From the IMG/VR virus record IMGVR_UViG_3300032327_000953, positions 96,001 to 160,000 of that record: DNA of 64,000 nt, one strand, 5' to 3'. Source of the DNA: a virus (lineage: Duplodnaviria > Caudoviricetes). The notes below the pieces were generated by a model. That model worked only from the letters and a program-made list of their open reading frames with translations. It searched no databases and was not told the DNA's origin. The number at the start of each line of letters is the position of its first letter. The stretch's first letter is position 1. This document shows positions 48,551 to 60,544 of this stretch, piece after piece. The translations under genes and the position numbers were made by a program.

Positions 48551-49333
48551 ATGTGGTTCAGACCAAGATCAAGAATTCATCATTGGAATTGTTCTAGGTT
48601 CGCGGATTTTATTCGCGGAGAAAAGAAACCTTTTGCTTTAGAGTGGGGCAAATGGGATGAATGGAAAAAAGAACAAAGAAAGAAAAGACCAATTCGGTTT
48701 TGGCTGGCAGAAGAAGTATTACCTAAACTACAGGATTTGATCCTGTTTCCTGTGGATGTTTACACTGAGATTAGATATTATATCAATAATCGCTGGATAA
48801 ATAAAACGCATTATCTAAAAACTGGATTAAAACCGGGACATTACTACGAGCTTGATTACAGAATTCTTCATGGTTTATTTAATGAGCTTGTGGATTTCGT
48901 AGAGATCGAATATGCACATCTAGCAAAGTGGTCTCTTAAAAAGGGCGCTAAAAACTACAAGTTCAAACATGGTCGATCAGTTGAGGCAGGATTAGCTTAT
49001 CTAAAGTGGGCTTGCTCTTTAAAGTATAACAAAGATTGGGGAATAGATAAAAAAGATCCTAAATATGGGAAACCAACCCATCAAAGTATTAAAGCACAAA
49101 AAATAAAAAAACTTTATCTCTGGTGGAAAGATCGTCCAAACAGACCACAACCTATGGACGTTGCCAAATTGTCTTGGAATCAAGATAAAGAAAATAATTT
49201 GATGGACGGTAAGATAACAAGAAAAGAATTATCTCAATTCAAAAAACTTGAAAAGATTGAAATAGACTACGAGAAAGAAGATACAAAAATGCTTATTGAA
49301 CTGATTAAAATCCGTAAAGAGCTATGGTCATGA
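48551..49333 (+). CDS. Conserved-looking hypothetical phage protein
   Basis: 260-aa Trp-rich ORF in operon context. Confidence 0.6.
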   Translation: MWFRPRSRIHHWNCSRFADFIRGEKKPFALEWGKWDEWKKEQRKKRPIRFWLAEEVLPKLQDLILFPVDVYTEIRYYINNRWINKTHYLKTGLKPGHYYELDYRILHGLFNELVDFVEIEYAHLAKWSLKKGAKNYKFKHGRSVEAGLAYLKWACSLKYNKDWGIDKKDPKYGKPTHQSIKAQKIKKLYLWWKDRPNRPQPMDVAKLSWNQDKENNLMDGKITRKELSQFKKLEKIEIDYEKEDTKMLIELIKIRKELWS

Positions 49334-49666
49334 GAAAAGCTAATCTAGAACACGATCTTATCAAATCAGATTATATCACAGAAAAATGTACAAATAGCAC
49401 ATCTTACAGTCAAAATCTATATGCTGCTATGTGTAATAACTTATTCTACAAGAATGATGAGGAATGGAGTTGCTCTTGGAGATATTCTGGGGGTGTTGTT
49501 GCAGATATAAGAAATAATGGTGAAAGTTATATTGATTGGTATTGTTCTGGAATAGGTAGCGGTCGTGAGGGATATGTCGGTGAGAGTTTCGTTACTGATG
49601 AAGTTCGATCAGACTTACTACAACTAGGATGGATTATCAAAGAATATCCTCAGAGCGAACAGGTTG

Positions 49667-49825
49667 ATGCTATCTAGGGAGTTCCTATTAAAAAGAGGGT
49701 ACTGCTGCCACCTTGGTTGTTTTAATTGTCCCTATGGCGACAACCCAGAGGTCTTGACAAAGGAACCAGAGGACGTTAAACTAGAACATAACGACGAATC
49801 ATCCACTAAAAAGGAAAAACAATGA
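49667..49825 (+). CDS. Small Cys-rich protein (DUF5522-like; not in ORF track)
   Basis: FLLKRGYCCHLGCFNCPY. Confidence 0.55.
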   Translation: MLSREFLLKRGYCCHLGCFNCPYGDNPEVLTKEPEDVKLEHNDESSTKKEKQ

Positions 49826-51575
49826 ACGAATCAGTCAATCAAGCTATTTGTGATTTCTATAATAGTGTTTGGAATTATATGAAAGCTGAATATAAGCCAA
49901 GGTGGGCTAGACTTTATAATTCTCAAGATATTCTAGATGAAATGATTACGATTACTGGACAGTATTATCTTGGTGGAAATAATGTTCCCGATACTGCTGG
50001 CGATATTGTTAGATTCCTCAAGAATAGAGACTAATGACTTATTCTGATTTTAGAAATAAAATTGATCACGATCTTAAAAAATATAACTTAAGATATGGTC
50101 AAACGGTTATGAATGTTTTGTCAGAAGTTTGGCCCGAAAAGAATAAAGAATTAATGACAACTGATTGGGATTGTTTCTATAACGACAACAAAGCAGATGT
50201 TTTACTAAATTACTTAGAAAAAATATGGAATCATGAAACAGGTAGATAAAAAAGATCCCTTTTTTGATATAGACACATATATAAACCATTTAGAGAAAAC
50301 TATAGAGCAGCAAAAATATACTATAGAGTCTCTTAAAACTGAGATTAGAATTCAAAGAAAAGAAATAGGTGCTTTGCGAGAAGAACGCAGACTATTACTA
50401 GAGCAAGACAAGCCTCCGATGTTTGATAACAATTTATGGATAGAAAATGGAGATAATTATGAAAGATAAAACAGAAGTCTTTGCTATCGGTACTGATGTT
50501 AAACTTGCAGAAGATGTCTTTGGTAAGGTGACTGGAATTAATATTCGTGGAAATAATTCTATTTCTTATGAAATTGGTTGGTGGAATGGTCGCAGCTATG
50601 ATTGCAAGAGTTTTGCAGACTATGAGATTGAGGAAACATTGTCTACAACTAAACAGCGAATAGGATTTGCGTGAGTATGAAGTGGGATTATACTTGGTTA
50701 GTAGAATTAACTTTTATCATATTGGTTTTCTTTACTATTGGTTATATGTTGGGCATTTCATTTTGAAAAATAAGGATATAGTATGGAAAAATTAACCGAA
50801 TTACTTTTGGCTATGATCATAGGAATTATAGGATTCTATTTGATCTACCACAACTCAAATCTACAAATGTTGTTGGGAATATTTTTAGCTCTTTGGAGCA
50901 ATAATATTGCTATGAAGTTTAATATTCTTGATACAGCCAAGAAATAAATAGGAGATATGTATGCGTCTTGATTTAGCTTTGGGATTAAAGCCTGGGGATA
51001 AGGTAGTTAATGTATTTATGGATGAGCTTGTTATATCGTCAATAGATCATAGTTATGATCCCAAACCACCAGTATTTATTGCATTAGACACTATGCTACA
51101 AAAGCATTATTTGTGGTTTGACGATATTTATTATCCAGATTTGTCTGATATTTGTGATGAAGAAAAAAGTTTTGTCCTTTGGGCTAAAGATAATAGACAA
51201 TTTATTGGAGAAAATTCTAGACTTCTCAAGACTGTTTATATGCAAGGATTTGCTATGGGTTTTGAGCATAAAAGACAAATATCTTATGAGGAGCAGATGC
51301 AAAAATGAGCGATCAATATGATCCAAACTGGAATCCAGACGATTATGATATGAAGCTCAAGTATGAGCCAATGGATTTATCTAAAGTAAATGCTATACTA
51401 TCTAAATATAAAGGGCAGCCAGTTCTGGACTATATTATCGAACTATATAAGCTTATTGAATATCAAAAACAAAGATTGAATGAACAGGAAAAGCAGATCA
51501 TAGCCTTAAAGCATACAGAAGCATGGAAACACTACGATAAGTCAATAAATAAATACAATCCTAGAACTAGGAAAT

Positions 51576-52307
51576 ATGAATAAATTCGACAACATATCTA
51601 CTATCAACTATATAAATCTTGAATCAAGTATTGATAGACGAGATTTTATGGAGAGTCAATTCGCTAAATACGGTATAACAAAATACCAGTGTTTTCTCAC
51701 AATACCTTTTGAAACCTACAAAGATTCATGTAAACTCTCTGGTAGATTTATAGATAGCGTTAATCATCATGGTACAAATATAACCTTTCTAAGATGTATT
51801 AAAAATTGGCTTGATAATACAGATGAAGAATATGGGATATTCCTTGAGGATGATACTAGTTTTGAAACTTCTAATTACTGGTCTTTTACATGGTCTGAAT
51901 TAATTGGTAGTTTACCCAGCAATTGGGATATTGTACAACTAATACGTATCAATGATTGGTCTGATGGAAGAAATCCACAACTATCATGCAGACCTAGAAA
52001 TTGGGATGATTGGGGAGCAACTTGCATGATAAAAAGAGATTATGCAAAGAGACTCATTTCTGCTTATATGATCAATAATAATGAGTATTTTCTAGATATA
52101 GCTGGCACAAATCTTATGCCTATAGTGGAAAATCTTTTATTTTGTCAGTCTGGAAATTGTCTAAATATTCCTTTGTTTGTTGAGGGGGATTTTACATCTA
52201 CCTATAATAGAGGTTATGACGAAATTCATGAAGTATCAAAACAAAAATATAAAGACCTGTGGATAACAAATGGTCAGCAAACTAAAATACCTGACCTATA
52301 TCAGTAA
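51576..52307 (+). CDS. Glycosyltransferase family 25-like
   Basis: YINLESSIDRRDFM..QF, IFLEDD, WDIVQL. Confidence 0.8.
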   Translation: MNKFDNISTINYINLESSIDRRDFMESQFAKYGITKYQCFLTIPFETYKDSCKLSGRFIDSVNHHGTNITFLRCIKNWLDNTDEEYGIFLEDDTSFETSNYWSFTWSELIGSLPSNWDIVQLIRINDWSDGRNPQLSCRPRNWDDWGATCMIKRDYAKRLISAYMINNNEYFLDIAGTNLMPIVENLLFCQSGNCLNIPLFVEGDFTSTYNRGYDEIHEVSKQKYKDLWITNGQQTKIPDLYQ

Positions 52308-52597
52308 GCGTTGACAAAACTATATGAGATGCTATAATTAGTGGTAATCTAGGAGAAAATCAATGCTTTGGTCAGAAGTAAAAAAATGGGCAAAAGAAAA
52401 AGGCTACGAAACCATCAAAGATAAAGAAGATGGTCAGTATTATTGGGCAAAATTAGATGCTCCAGTTGAGGCTAGTGGAGTTGCTAAAAGTGTTAGTAAA
52501 TTAGCTACTGCTATTTTTAATCATTCTACTGAAGATAAATGGGTTGAATACCAACTCAAATTCAAAGAAGAAAAAGAATATACCAAATTCACAGTGA

Positions 52598-53101
52598 GTG
52601 ACTATGGCTATTAAAAGTTTATATGTTGATAGAGACTGGGAAACTAAATCTATAGATAAGATTTGTTATGCTATACGACACGCCACAAACATAGACCTAA
52701 ATACTTCAATAGCAATTTTACAATTAAGCTATGAATACTCTGGTTTGATGGCACAGTTAATGGCTCATAAACTCTCTATAAAAAATGAACCCATAGATAT
52801 AGAACCTGTTAATATTCCATACAAAAATGAGTTTGAAGCTATTATACATCCAGATCAACTTGATCCATATAATCAACTAATAGTTATTGATAGTGGTTGT
52901 TTAAGTGGAAATAATTTTCGTAGAATAGAAACTAAACTATTAGATTATGGTTTTAGTAGACAGGATTTATTTTTTACCTGTGTAGCTTGCGATCTTAATA
53001 GCGTATTTCAACCAGATTTTTGTCCTATATATTTTAATGGAGACGAGCAAATGGTTCATTTCTGGTGGGAAACTAAAACAGATAAATTCAGGAGAGATTA
53101 A
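52598..53101 (+). CDS. PRTase-fold protein
   Basis: LIVIDSGCLSGNN resembles the PRPP-binding loop. Confidence 0.5.
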   Translation: MTMAIKSLYVDRDWETKSIDKICYAIRHATNIDLNTSIAILQLSYEYSGLMAQLMAHKLSIKNEPIDIEPVNIPYKNEFEAIIHPDQLDPYNQLIVIDSGCLSGNNFRRIETKLLDYGFSRQDLFFTCVACDLNSVFQPDFCPIYFNGDEQMVHFWWETKTDKFRRD

Positions 53102-53751
53102 TGGAATCAGTAAAATTAGTTTCGGTAACTCCCGATGCAGAAAAACTTATGGCATATTGTGCAAGAGTGAGCAACCCGAATAATCAAGACAATGAAAACT
53201 ATTCCAAGCTTTTAGCATACTGTATCAAGAATCAGCATTGGAGTATTTTTGAACAAGCATTTATGACTGTAGAAATTAATACAACAAGAGGATTAGCTGC
53301 TCAAATTCTACGACACAGAAGTTTTACTTTTCAAGAATTTAGCCAAAGATATGCTGACGCTACATTGTTAGCTGAAGATATCCCTATGTTTGAACTGAGA
53401 AGGCAGGATAATAAAAATAGACAGAATAGTATTGACGACATATCTAATGAGACTAAGGTGAAATGGAATACTCAAATTCGTGAGCATTTTTCTAAAGCTA
53501 AGGCTATTTATGATGGTATGATCGCAGATGGTATTGCTAAAGAATGTGCTAGATTTGTTTTACCTTTAGCAACTCCCACTAGACTTTACATGAGTGGTTC
53601 TATTCGTAGTTGGATTCACTATGTAGAATTACGATCATCCAATGGAACTCAAAAAGAACATAGACTTATTGTAGAAGAAATTAAGAAAGTTTTTTCAGAA
53701 CAATTCCCCACAGTATCAGAAGCATTAGGATGGAGCAATGAGAATGTATAA
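53101..53751 (+). CDS. thyX: FAD-dependent thymidylate synthase
   Basis: HWSIFE, QILRHRSFTFQEFSQRY, ECARFVLP, SWIHY. Confidence 0.97.
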   Translation: MESVKLVSVTPDAEKLMAYCARVSNPNNQDNENYSKLLAYCIKNQHWSIFEQAFMTVEINTTRGLAAQILRHRSFTFQEFSQRYADATLLAEDIPMFELRRQDNKNRQNSIDDISNETKVKWNTQIREHFSKAKAIYDGMIADGIAKECARFVLPLATPTRLYMSGSIRSWIHYVELRSSNGTQKEHRLIVEEIKKVFSEQFPTVSEALGWSNENV

Positions 53752-53915
53752 TATAACAGCACAAGTGTATGAGTTACATGATCATTCTAAACAACATCTT
53801 TTGATTAATCAAGTTATGGACGCAGTATCAGAAGAGGATGCTATTTTTCAATTTAAGGATCAGCATCGCATTAAGTTTCAAGTAGTTAAAATTCATTCAG
53901 TAGAACAATTTGAAT

Positions 53916-54551
53916 ATGGAAACTAAATCTAATCTCACAATTAAGATAATTAGAGAATTACTCGACAATCAATTTTCTGTATTATTGTATAATAAAGAAC
54001 AGCTACCAGATGCTTGCGGTGGATGGTGTTCTATTGATGATGATGAGAGAGAATTTGTGGTGGCTATGAAACATCACATGGGTTTTGAAATTCTAATTCA
54101 TGAGTATTGTCATTTTTTACAATGGAAAACTGATCGTAAATTATGGGATAGAAGTATGTCTACATATGATGTTCTTTTTGACTGGATTAGTTTTCCCTCA
54201 TTAGTTCATAATGCTTTTGTTAAAGACTGTAAGATTACTCAAGAAGAGCTTGATCAAAGTTTGCATGATATTCTAGAGATAGAGCATGATTGTGAGAAAA
54301 GAGTTCTGAAACTTGTTAAAAATTGTCCTATTGAGGATTTTGATACAAATAAATATATTCGGGCTGCTAATGCTTATTTATGGTCTTATCACTTAAATAG
54401 AGAACTAAGAATGAGACCTAAAAATCCAATCTATTCTGTAAGAGTATTAGAACATATGTCGAATACTTTTAATAATGATCTATCTTTCTATCTAGATAGA
54501 CATAATCTAACTGATTCTATACGCCAAGCATTACTGGCTGAATACGAATAA
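53916..54551 (+). CDS. Putative zinc metallopeptidase (HExxH)
   Basis: LIHEYCH with a downstream EIEHDCE. Confidence 0.5.
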   Translation: METKSNLTIKIIRELLDNQFSVLLYNKEQLPDACGGWCSIDDDEREFVVAMKHHMGFEILIHEYCHFLQWKTDRKLWDRSMSTYDVLFDWISFPSLVHNAFVKDCKITQEELDQSLHDILEIEHDCEKRVLKLVKNCPIEDFDTNKYIRAANAYLWSYHLNRELRMRPKNPIYSVRVLEHMSNTFNNDLSFYLDRHNLTDSIRQALLAEYE

Positions 54552-54565
54552 TTCTCAAGTCTCAG

Positions 54566-54594
54566 TTGACAATTCGACGATACTGTGATATAAT
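54566..54594 (+). promoter_or_regulatory. Sigma70-type promoter with GACGATA box
   Basis: TTGACA attcgacgatactgtga TATAAT. Confidence 0.85.
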
Positions 54595-54612
54595 CTTGCA
54601 AACGGAGGAATT

Positions 54613-55521
54613 ATGAGATTTGGACTGTGTTGCATTTCGCTCAAACTTAAAGAACAAGGTTTTGGTCATCAGACTATGACCTACAAGCGTTTTAATTCTT
54701 TGCCACGAGAAGAAGCATTAGAAACTCTTGGGGACAGAATTTTGAATAATCTAATTACAACAGATAAGACTATTCAATTTTGTGCAGAGAATGATTATAC
54801 CTATCGTGTTAGTAGCGATATTTTTCCCCTTATTACTTATGACGAAGCTAATGTAAATCTTGAGGATTTGCCTAATTATGATGCTATTCAAAATGAGTTT
54901 GATAATATTGCACAAAGTATATCCAATACTAATGTTCGCGTTTCTTGTCATCCTAGCGAATTCAATAGTTTATCAAGTCTCAATGAAAAAGTTGTCGAAA
55001 AAACAATTACTGAACTCAACTTCTACAGCAGTTTCTTTGACAGAATTGGACTTCCAGCAGATCATAGATCTCCAATGAATTTTCATATACATAATAATAA
55101 TGGCACTAGAGAAGAAATCTCGCACAGGTTCTATAACAACTTTAAGAAACTAGACAAAAATTGTCAGGATCGCATAACAATTGAAAACGATGACAAACTT
55201 AACTGTTGGAGCGTGAAAGAATTGGTGGATATTTTTCATCCAATTACAAGAATCCCAATTTGCTTCGACTATCTGCATCACAAGTGCCATCCTAATAATT
55301 TGACAGAATGTGAAGCTATTAATATGTGCTGGGATACTTGGCAGACTAAACCACTATTTCATTATAGCGAATCATCACTAGGAAATAATCCTCGTAAACA
55401 CGCAGACTATGCAGTAAAACCTCTAAATACTTATGGATTAGAGTTTGATCTTGATATGGAACTAAAAGGTAAAGACTTAGCTATTGCCGAATACAGTGAA
55501 ATTTTAACTACATATTCTTAA
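54613..55521 (+). CDS. uvsE: UV DNA damage endonuclease (UvsE/UVDE family)
   Basis: RFGLCCI, YRVSSDIFP, RVSCHP, IENDD, CFDYLHH, FHYSES, RKHAD, MELKGKDLA. Confidence 0.93.
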   Translation: MRFGLCCISLKLKEQGFGHQTMTYKRFNSLPREEALETLGDRILNNLITTDKTIQFCAENDYTYRVSSDIFPLITYDEANVNLEDLPNYDAIQNEFDNIAQSISNTNVRVSCHPSEFNSLSSLNEKVVEKTITELNFYSSFFDRIGLPADHRSPMNFHIHNNNGTREEISHRFYNNFKKLDKNCQDRITIENDDKLNCWSVKELVDIFHPITRIPICFDYLHHKCHPNNLTECEAINMCWDTWQTKPLFHYSESSLGNNPRKHADYAVKPLNTYGLEFDLDMELKGKDLAIAEYSEILTTYS

Positions 55522-56006
55522 TAAGGAGAAGATTATGGCTCAAATCGGTGCAATTTCAATTAGTCCTAATGTTAATACTCAAGCAATGATTAACTTGCTA
55601 AAGGAAGATAAGAAGATTACTATTGGTCAGGAACAAGTTGCCCCCGATGGTACTCGTTATATCCCCATAGAAAAGAACTAAAATGTCAGCTAACCTTATT
55701 CTTATAACTGGCGTAATTTACCTTTACATAGCCATAGAACAAGGTTATCTACATAATAACTACGGTATGTTTATTGCATATCTTGGTTATGCAGCAGCGA
55801 ATGTTGGTTTATATATGTTAGCTTCTAAATAGGAGGTCTTATGAAAGAGCCTAAAAGAATCAAACTCAATCCAGAAACACCAACACCAAAAGAACCTACT
55901 AAGCGTCCACTACCTCCACTATCTAAGCCAGAGTGGAATGTAACTGGTCAAGATAATGATGATACATATACTCCTTTAGACTTGGATAAAGTTAATAGAC
56001 TATTGA

Positions 56007-56474
56007 ATGAAATATCAGATGAAGATAATTCAAAAGACAATTAAACGAGCATACGATCATTGGGAACCAGACCCTTTAATTAGATGCTATCATTATGCTG
56101 CTGCTTTTGATGGCAATAAGATGATCGAATTTGCACAAAATAATCCTATTAAAATGAGTACGAAAGCTTTTAGGATTGGTAAACGATTTAATATACCAAA
56201 GTATCTGGAGTATCCTTATGTTCATAGTGAATCTCATCTTATTTCTAAATTACTTGATCGTTATAACTCCATTGATCCTAATTGGAGTATATGTGTCTTA
56301 CGAATTAACAGACTTGGATTGATTCTTGGAAGTAAACCATGCGTTAATTGTTCTAAACTATTAAATGCTGTTGGCTTAAGTAATGTATATCATAGTGATG
56401 ATGATGGTAACTTTATCTGTCCTACCAAAACAATCAAGATTGATTGCAATAATATAGCAATTTCTCAAGTCTGA
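56007..56474 (+). CDS. Zinc-dependent cytidine/dCMP-deaminase-fold protein
   Basis: HSE...SKPCVNC (HxE...PCxxC). Confidence 0.8.
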   Translation: MKYQMKIIQKTIKRAYDHWEPDPLIRCYHYAAAFDGNKMIEFAQNNPIKMSTKAFRIGKRFNIPKYLEYPYVHSESHLISKLLDRYNSIDPNWSICVLRINRLGLILGSKPCVNCSKLLNAVGLSNVYHSDDDGNFICPTKTIKIDCNNIAISQV

Positions 56475-56524
56475 CGGTTGACACTGACGATACTTGTGGT
56501 ATACTTCAATTATGGAGGACAAGT

Positions 56525-56743
56525 ATGATTTGCAACTATTGTAGAAGTATGATCGACGCTGACCGTGCTGATTTTTTGACAGAATATAAACGCCCTATGG
56601 TTTGTGTTGAATGTTCAACAGAGCAGAGGGCTGTTGGCTATATGGATTGGGGACATAAAACAGCACCTAGTTTGGTTATGGTTCCGGCAAATGCCAAAGA
56701 AACTATTCGTAAACTTGACAGAGCAAATAGGAGAGCAAGATGA
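56525..56743 (+). CDS. DksA/TraR-type C4 zinc-finger-like protein
   Basis: CNYC...I...R.......CVEC. Confidence 0.55.
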   Translation: MICNYCRSMIDADRADFLTEYKRPMVCVECSTEQRAVGYMDWGHKTAPSLVMVPANAKETIRKLDRANRRAR

Positions 56744-57718
56744 GCAGTATGACTTGGCTAGATTTGTATAATTTTTTCCATAAACAAGCACATGATTTTG
56801 AGAATCTTGGTAAATTTGATTGGAATAGTCCAGCAGTTATTCACGACGCTTCTACTGGAGATGAAGTAAATTGTGATACTTGGATTATATCTGATGATAG
56901 AGGTAATGATAGATTTGTACTAGCGACCAATGTTGAAAGTATTTTTAATGATACCAAGAAAGGAAAATCTTGATGAATGATATTGAGATAGAGAGTCTTT
57001 TATTCAAGCAAGTTGAAAAACCAAAGTATCTTACAATGACTAAAATTATTAATCTTTGGGAAAACAGATACCGAATCAATTTGTATATTGAAACTTTGGA
57101 AGATGGTTTGATTAAAAGGAAAATAGAGAATAGTTATTTTTGTCATTATAGTCCCGGCACATTGACAATAATTCCCGATCCAGATAAGAAACCAGAAGAT
57201 TTAAAAAAGAAATGGTGAGTTATGCCAATAGCAACTTTAAAATTTAAGCTACCAGAAGAACAGTACGAATTTGATACTGCTATTCAAGCTGTTAATGCTA
57301 AAAGAATGTTGTGGGATTTTTCTCAACAACTACGATCTTGGCAGAAATACAGTAATGATTTTAATGACGCTGGAGATGCTCTAGATAAGATAAGAACAGA
57401 ATTTTATAGATTAGTTACCCAATACAATATTAATATAGACTAAGGAGATTGCTGTGCCACTATTTGAAGTTAATACAGTTTCTTTGTTTCGTCACAAGTA
57501 TGTTATTGAGGCTAAAAATCTTGAACACGCTTACGATACTATCTTGTGTGATAAACCAGAAGAATTGACACAAAAACATCTTGAAGAAACTATTCTTGAT
57601 GGTAGAGAGATTACATATCAAGATTTTGATAAACTCTGTAAAGACTCTATGAACGATAGCTCAGAATTAAGCAATGCTCACTTAGGGAAGAGAATTATAC
57701 ATAAAGTGGATTATAGCT

Positions 57719-58126
57719 ATGAGTCCTGAACTAGCAGATAAATTAATTTCAGCATATCCTGAGCAATTTAAAAACTTACGATGGATAGAATGTGGAGATG
57801 GTTGGTTTAGTATTTTATCAAGGTTATGCTATATTGTAGATAGTCATCTTGTTCGTAAGAAAAAACTTAACGAGCCTCTGGAATTGTTTTGCTGGCAACA
57901 AATCAAAGAAAAATTTGGAGGATTAAGAGCTTATGCTTATGATGCCGATGATTTTATTAAAGGAGCCATAGAAATGGCAGAAAGTATGAGCTATATCACT
58001 TGTGAGGTTACTGGAGAAAGAGGTAAGCTTAGAAAACAAATGCTTAATGAAAAACAAGAACTTATTCCAGCATGGATTAAAACTCTTTGTGATAATGAGG
58101 CAAAAAAGGAAGGATATGTAGTATGA
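57719..58126 (+). CDS. Hypothetical phage protein
   Basis: ECGDGWF...QIKEKFGGLR...ITCEVTG, a recurrent phage family pattern. Confidence 0.65.
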   Translation: MSPELADKLISAYPEQFKNLRWIECGDGWFSILSRLCYIVDSHLVRKKKLNEPLELFCWQQIKEKFGGLRAYAYDADDFIKGAIEMAESMSYITCEVTGERGKLRKQMLNEKQELIPAWIKTLCDNEAKKEGYVV

Positions 58127-58809
58127 CTTTTGATGCTATAGTTATTAGTGATATTCATTTGGGGAGTAATGTTTGTCAGGCTAAAACTCTAGCATCTTTT
58201 CTGTCTAGGATTGAACTTGGAGAGACCGATACTGATACTTTAATTATCAATGGAGATTTATTTGATAGTTGGGATTTTCGCAAACTAAAAAAAGATCACT
58301 GGAAGATACTGTCTCAAATTCGTAAAATATCTGACATTATTAAAGTTATCTGGATTAGTGGCAACCATGATGGGCCTGCTGATATGGTGAGTCATTTGAT
58401 TGGTGTTGATTTTATGAATGAGTATAGTTTTATCAGTGGAGATGAAAAGATATTAATCTTACATGGAGATATTTTTGACAATGTGATTTCCAAATATCCT
58501 AGACTAACGAAAATAGCTGATTATATTTACAGATGGCTACAAATTTATGCGGGATTATACTTCTCAAACCTTGCTAAACGTAGTAGTAAAACCTTTTTAA
58601 GATGTTCTCAGGAAGTTTGTGAAAGAGCAAAGTTATATTGCTCTATTAAAAAATGTGATTCAATAATTTGTGGTCATACCCATTTAGCTACCACAGATGT
58701 CTCTGGATCAACAAACTACTATAATAGTGGATGTTGGACTGATCATCCTTGTTCATATATCTCGATCAAAGATGGTCATATTAAAATAAACTATGTTGAT
58801 GTATTATAA
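58123..58809 (+). CDS. UDP-2,3-diacylglucosamine-diphosphatase-like metallophosphoesterase
   Basis: ISDIHLG, NGDLFD, SGNHD, LHGDIFD, CGHTH, NSGCW. Confidence 0.85.
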   Translation: MTFDAIVISDIHLGSNVCQAKTLASFLSRIELGETDTDTLIINGDLFDSWDFRKLKKDHWKILSQIRKISDIIKVIWISGNHDGPADMVSHLIGVDFMNEYSFISGDEKILILHGDIFDNVISKYPRLTKIADYIYRWLQIYAGLYFSNLAKRSSKTFLRCSQEVCERAKLYCSIKKCDSIICGHTHLATTDVSGSTNYYNSGCWTDHPCSYISIKDGHIKINYVDVL

Positions 58810-58814
58810 TAAAA

Positions 58815-58840
58815 AACTCCCAGTATTTCTACCGGGAGTT
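58815..58840. terminator. Probable bidirectional terminator
   Basis: aactccc...gggagtt hairpin between convergent genes, with an upstream A run. Confidence 0.6.
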
Positions 58841-58872
58841 CTTATTAAAAGAATTGTTAGACTAAACTAACA

Positions 58873-60138
58873 TTAGGCTTTTGGTTTTTGATCTTTTAGC
58901 ATATGTTTTAATCTAGCATTTAGATCATCAGTTCTTGGTTGCTCTGATAATCTTAAAGCTGTAAACATTTCATTTGAAACTTCTGATGGAAACTCACGTT
59001 TATTTCTAGCTGTACGATTATCTTTAACATAAGTCATACCCGATACTGGATACATATTATTCATTGGATATGAAGTTAAGATACCATTAGCATAGCAATT
59101 AAGATGAGTATCTGTTAATACTCCATAAAAATTCAAATCGCCACTAGCACTCACCAACTCTTTAGATACTAATGTAGTATTAGTTCCATTTGCTTTAATA
59201 GTAACCATACCGCTTGGGGTACTATTAGGCATTGTACTAACGAATGAATTAGAATCAACGCTATAAACTCTATGACCCAAAGCTGGAGACGTACTATCTA
59301 AAACTGTTCCATCAGCAAAAGTAACTTTACTATATTTATCTGCTGGTTGAGCAACAGATAGCCATGCTGGTTTAGCAGTATCAGACTTGCCTTCATCAAA
59401 ATTCCAGACTAAAAGATCATCATTATAAGTTAAATCTTCAACATTTTTCTCAGAACCATCAGCAAGAGTAATCTTTGTTCCCTGCAAGAAACATGAACCA
59501 GTAATCTTTACTGTTTTTGTTGGCCCATAGAACATTACTTCATCATCAAGAACATGATCATAAGCATACATCCAAGGAGTAACATAAAATGTTCCAATGT
59601 CGCCACCAACATAAAGAGTAAAATCTGATCCATTTAAGTAGCCATAAACATTATTAGAATCAGAATAATCATAATCTGTGTCCCAAGTTGGAGCTTTAAC
59701 AGTTTTACTAGCAACATAACCAACACCTATAACATAATCATCATACTGATCACCAGCACTAATTGGTTGAACTTCAACATAAGCACTAGCATTAGCATTA
59801 TCTGTTAGTTCGCTAAGGTAAACTTTAAATGGCTCCCTAACAACATCATGCCTATTATCGTTTGTAGCAATATTTGCTGCAAATTTAAGAGTATAAGTAT
59901 CAACTAAACCACTACCAGCTATTACCGAAGAACTAGTTACTGTCATCTTTTTAGATTTATCAACAGCGCTAAAACTATCAACCTTATCACTAACTTTTGA
60001 TAATAATGCTCTCATGAAAGCTCTCATATCATCATTGTTTGGCTGAAAAGAAGAATCAAAATTATCTTTATGCATATAAAAATAATCACCATCCCAATCA
60101 CTATCAAATAAATATTCGTTCACATACTGTTTAGCCAT
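58873..60138 (-). CDS. Protein with C-terminal Hint (Hedgehog/intein-like) domain
   Basis: GSCFLQGTKITLADGSEKNVEDL block A; C-terminal block FYGVLTDTHLNCYANGILTS lacks the terminal His-Asn. Confidence 0.8.
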   Translation of the reverse strand: MAKQYVNEYLFDSDWDGDYFYMHKDNFDSSFQPNNDDMRAFMRALLSKVSDKVDSFSAVDKSKKMTVTSSSVIAGSGLVDTYTLKFAANIATNDNRHDVVREPFKVYLSELTDNANASAYVEVQPISAGDQYDDYVIGVGYVASKTVKAPTWDTDYDYSDSNNVYGYLNGSDFTLYVGGDIGTFYVTPWMYAYDHVLDDEVMFYGPTKTVKITGSCFLQGTKITLADGSEKNVEDLTYNDDLLVWNFDEGKSDTAKPAWLSVAQPADKYSKVTFADGTVLDSTSPALGHRVYSVDSNSFVSTMPNSTPSGMVTIKANGTNTTLVSKELVSASGDLNFYGVLTDTHLNCYANGILTSYPMNNMYPVSGMTYVKDNRTARNKREFPSEVSNEMFTALRLSEQPRTDDLNARLKHMLKDQKPKA

Positions 60139-60166
60139 TCGTAATCTCCTTTATTGTTATTGTTAA

Positions 60167-60544
60167 TTAAGCTTCTGTTGGAAAACTAATTGGTGCATTT
60201 GTTACATTCAAATTCATAGTAACTGTAAAAGTTACCGTCTGACTATTTGCATCAATTGTTTTTGTTGCTTTTGCAATACTAAAATTAGCTGGTTTCTCTT
60301 CAACAGTCAATGCATTATAAGTATTATTTACAGCATTTAAAACTGAATAAACAAATTCTGGAGTATCTTTTCTGTTATCATAATTATAAGATTCCAACAT
60401 TATCTGACTTTCTGTTTGGTCATCATAATATGGAATAAAAACTCCACCATATCTACCATAAACCAAACCTCCCCACATACCATGAGATGCTGCAAAACCG
60501 TCACTTGGAAATACATCATTCATACTAAAATTAACTGATGGCAT
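60167..60544 (-). CDS. Hypothetical protein, partner of the Hint protein
   Basis: 125 aa, GGAG RBS, same strand and codon style as the Hint gene. Confidence 0.7.
   Translation of the reverse strand: MPSVNFSMNDVFPSDGFAASHGMWGGLVYGRYGGVFIPYYDDQTESQIMLESYNYDNRKDTPEFVYSVLNAVNNTYNALTVEEKPANFSIAKATKTIDANSQTVTFTVTMNLNVTNAPISFPTEA

Noticed and set aside
58873-60138. Hint domain as a true intein
   Set aside because: No terminal His-Asn followed by Cys/Ser/Thr, no endonuclease domain, and the host protein is not a typical intein target.
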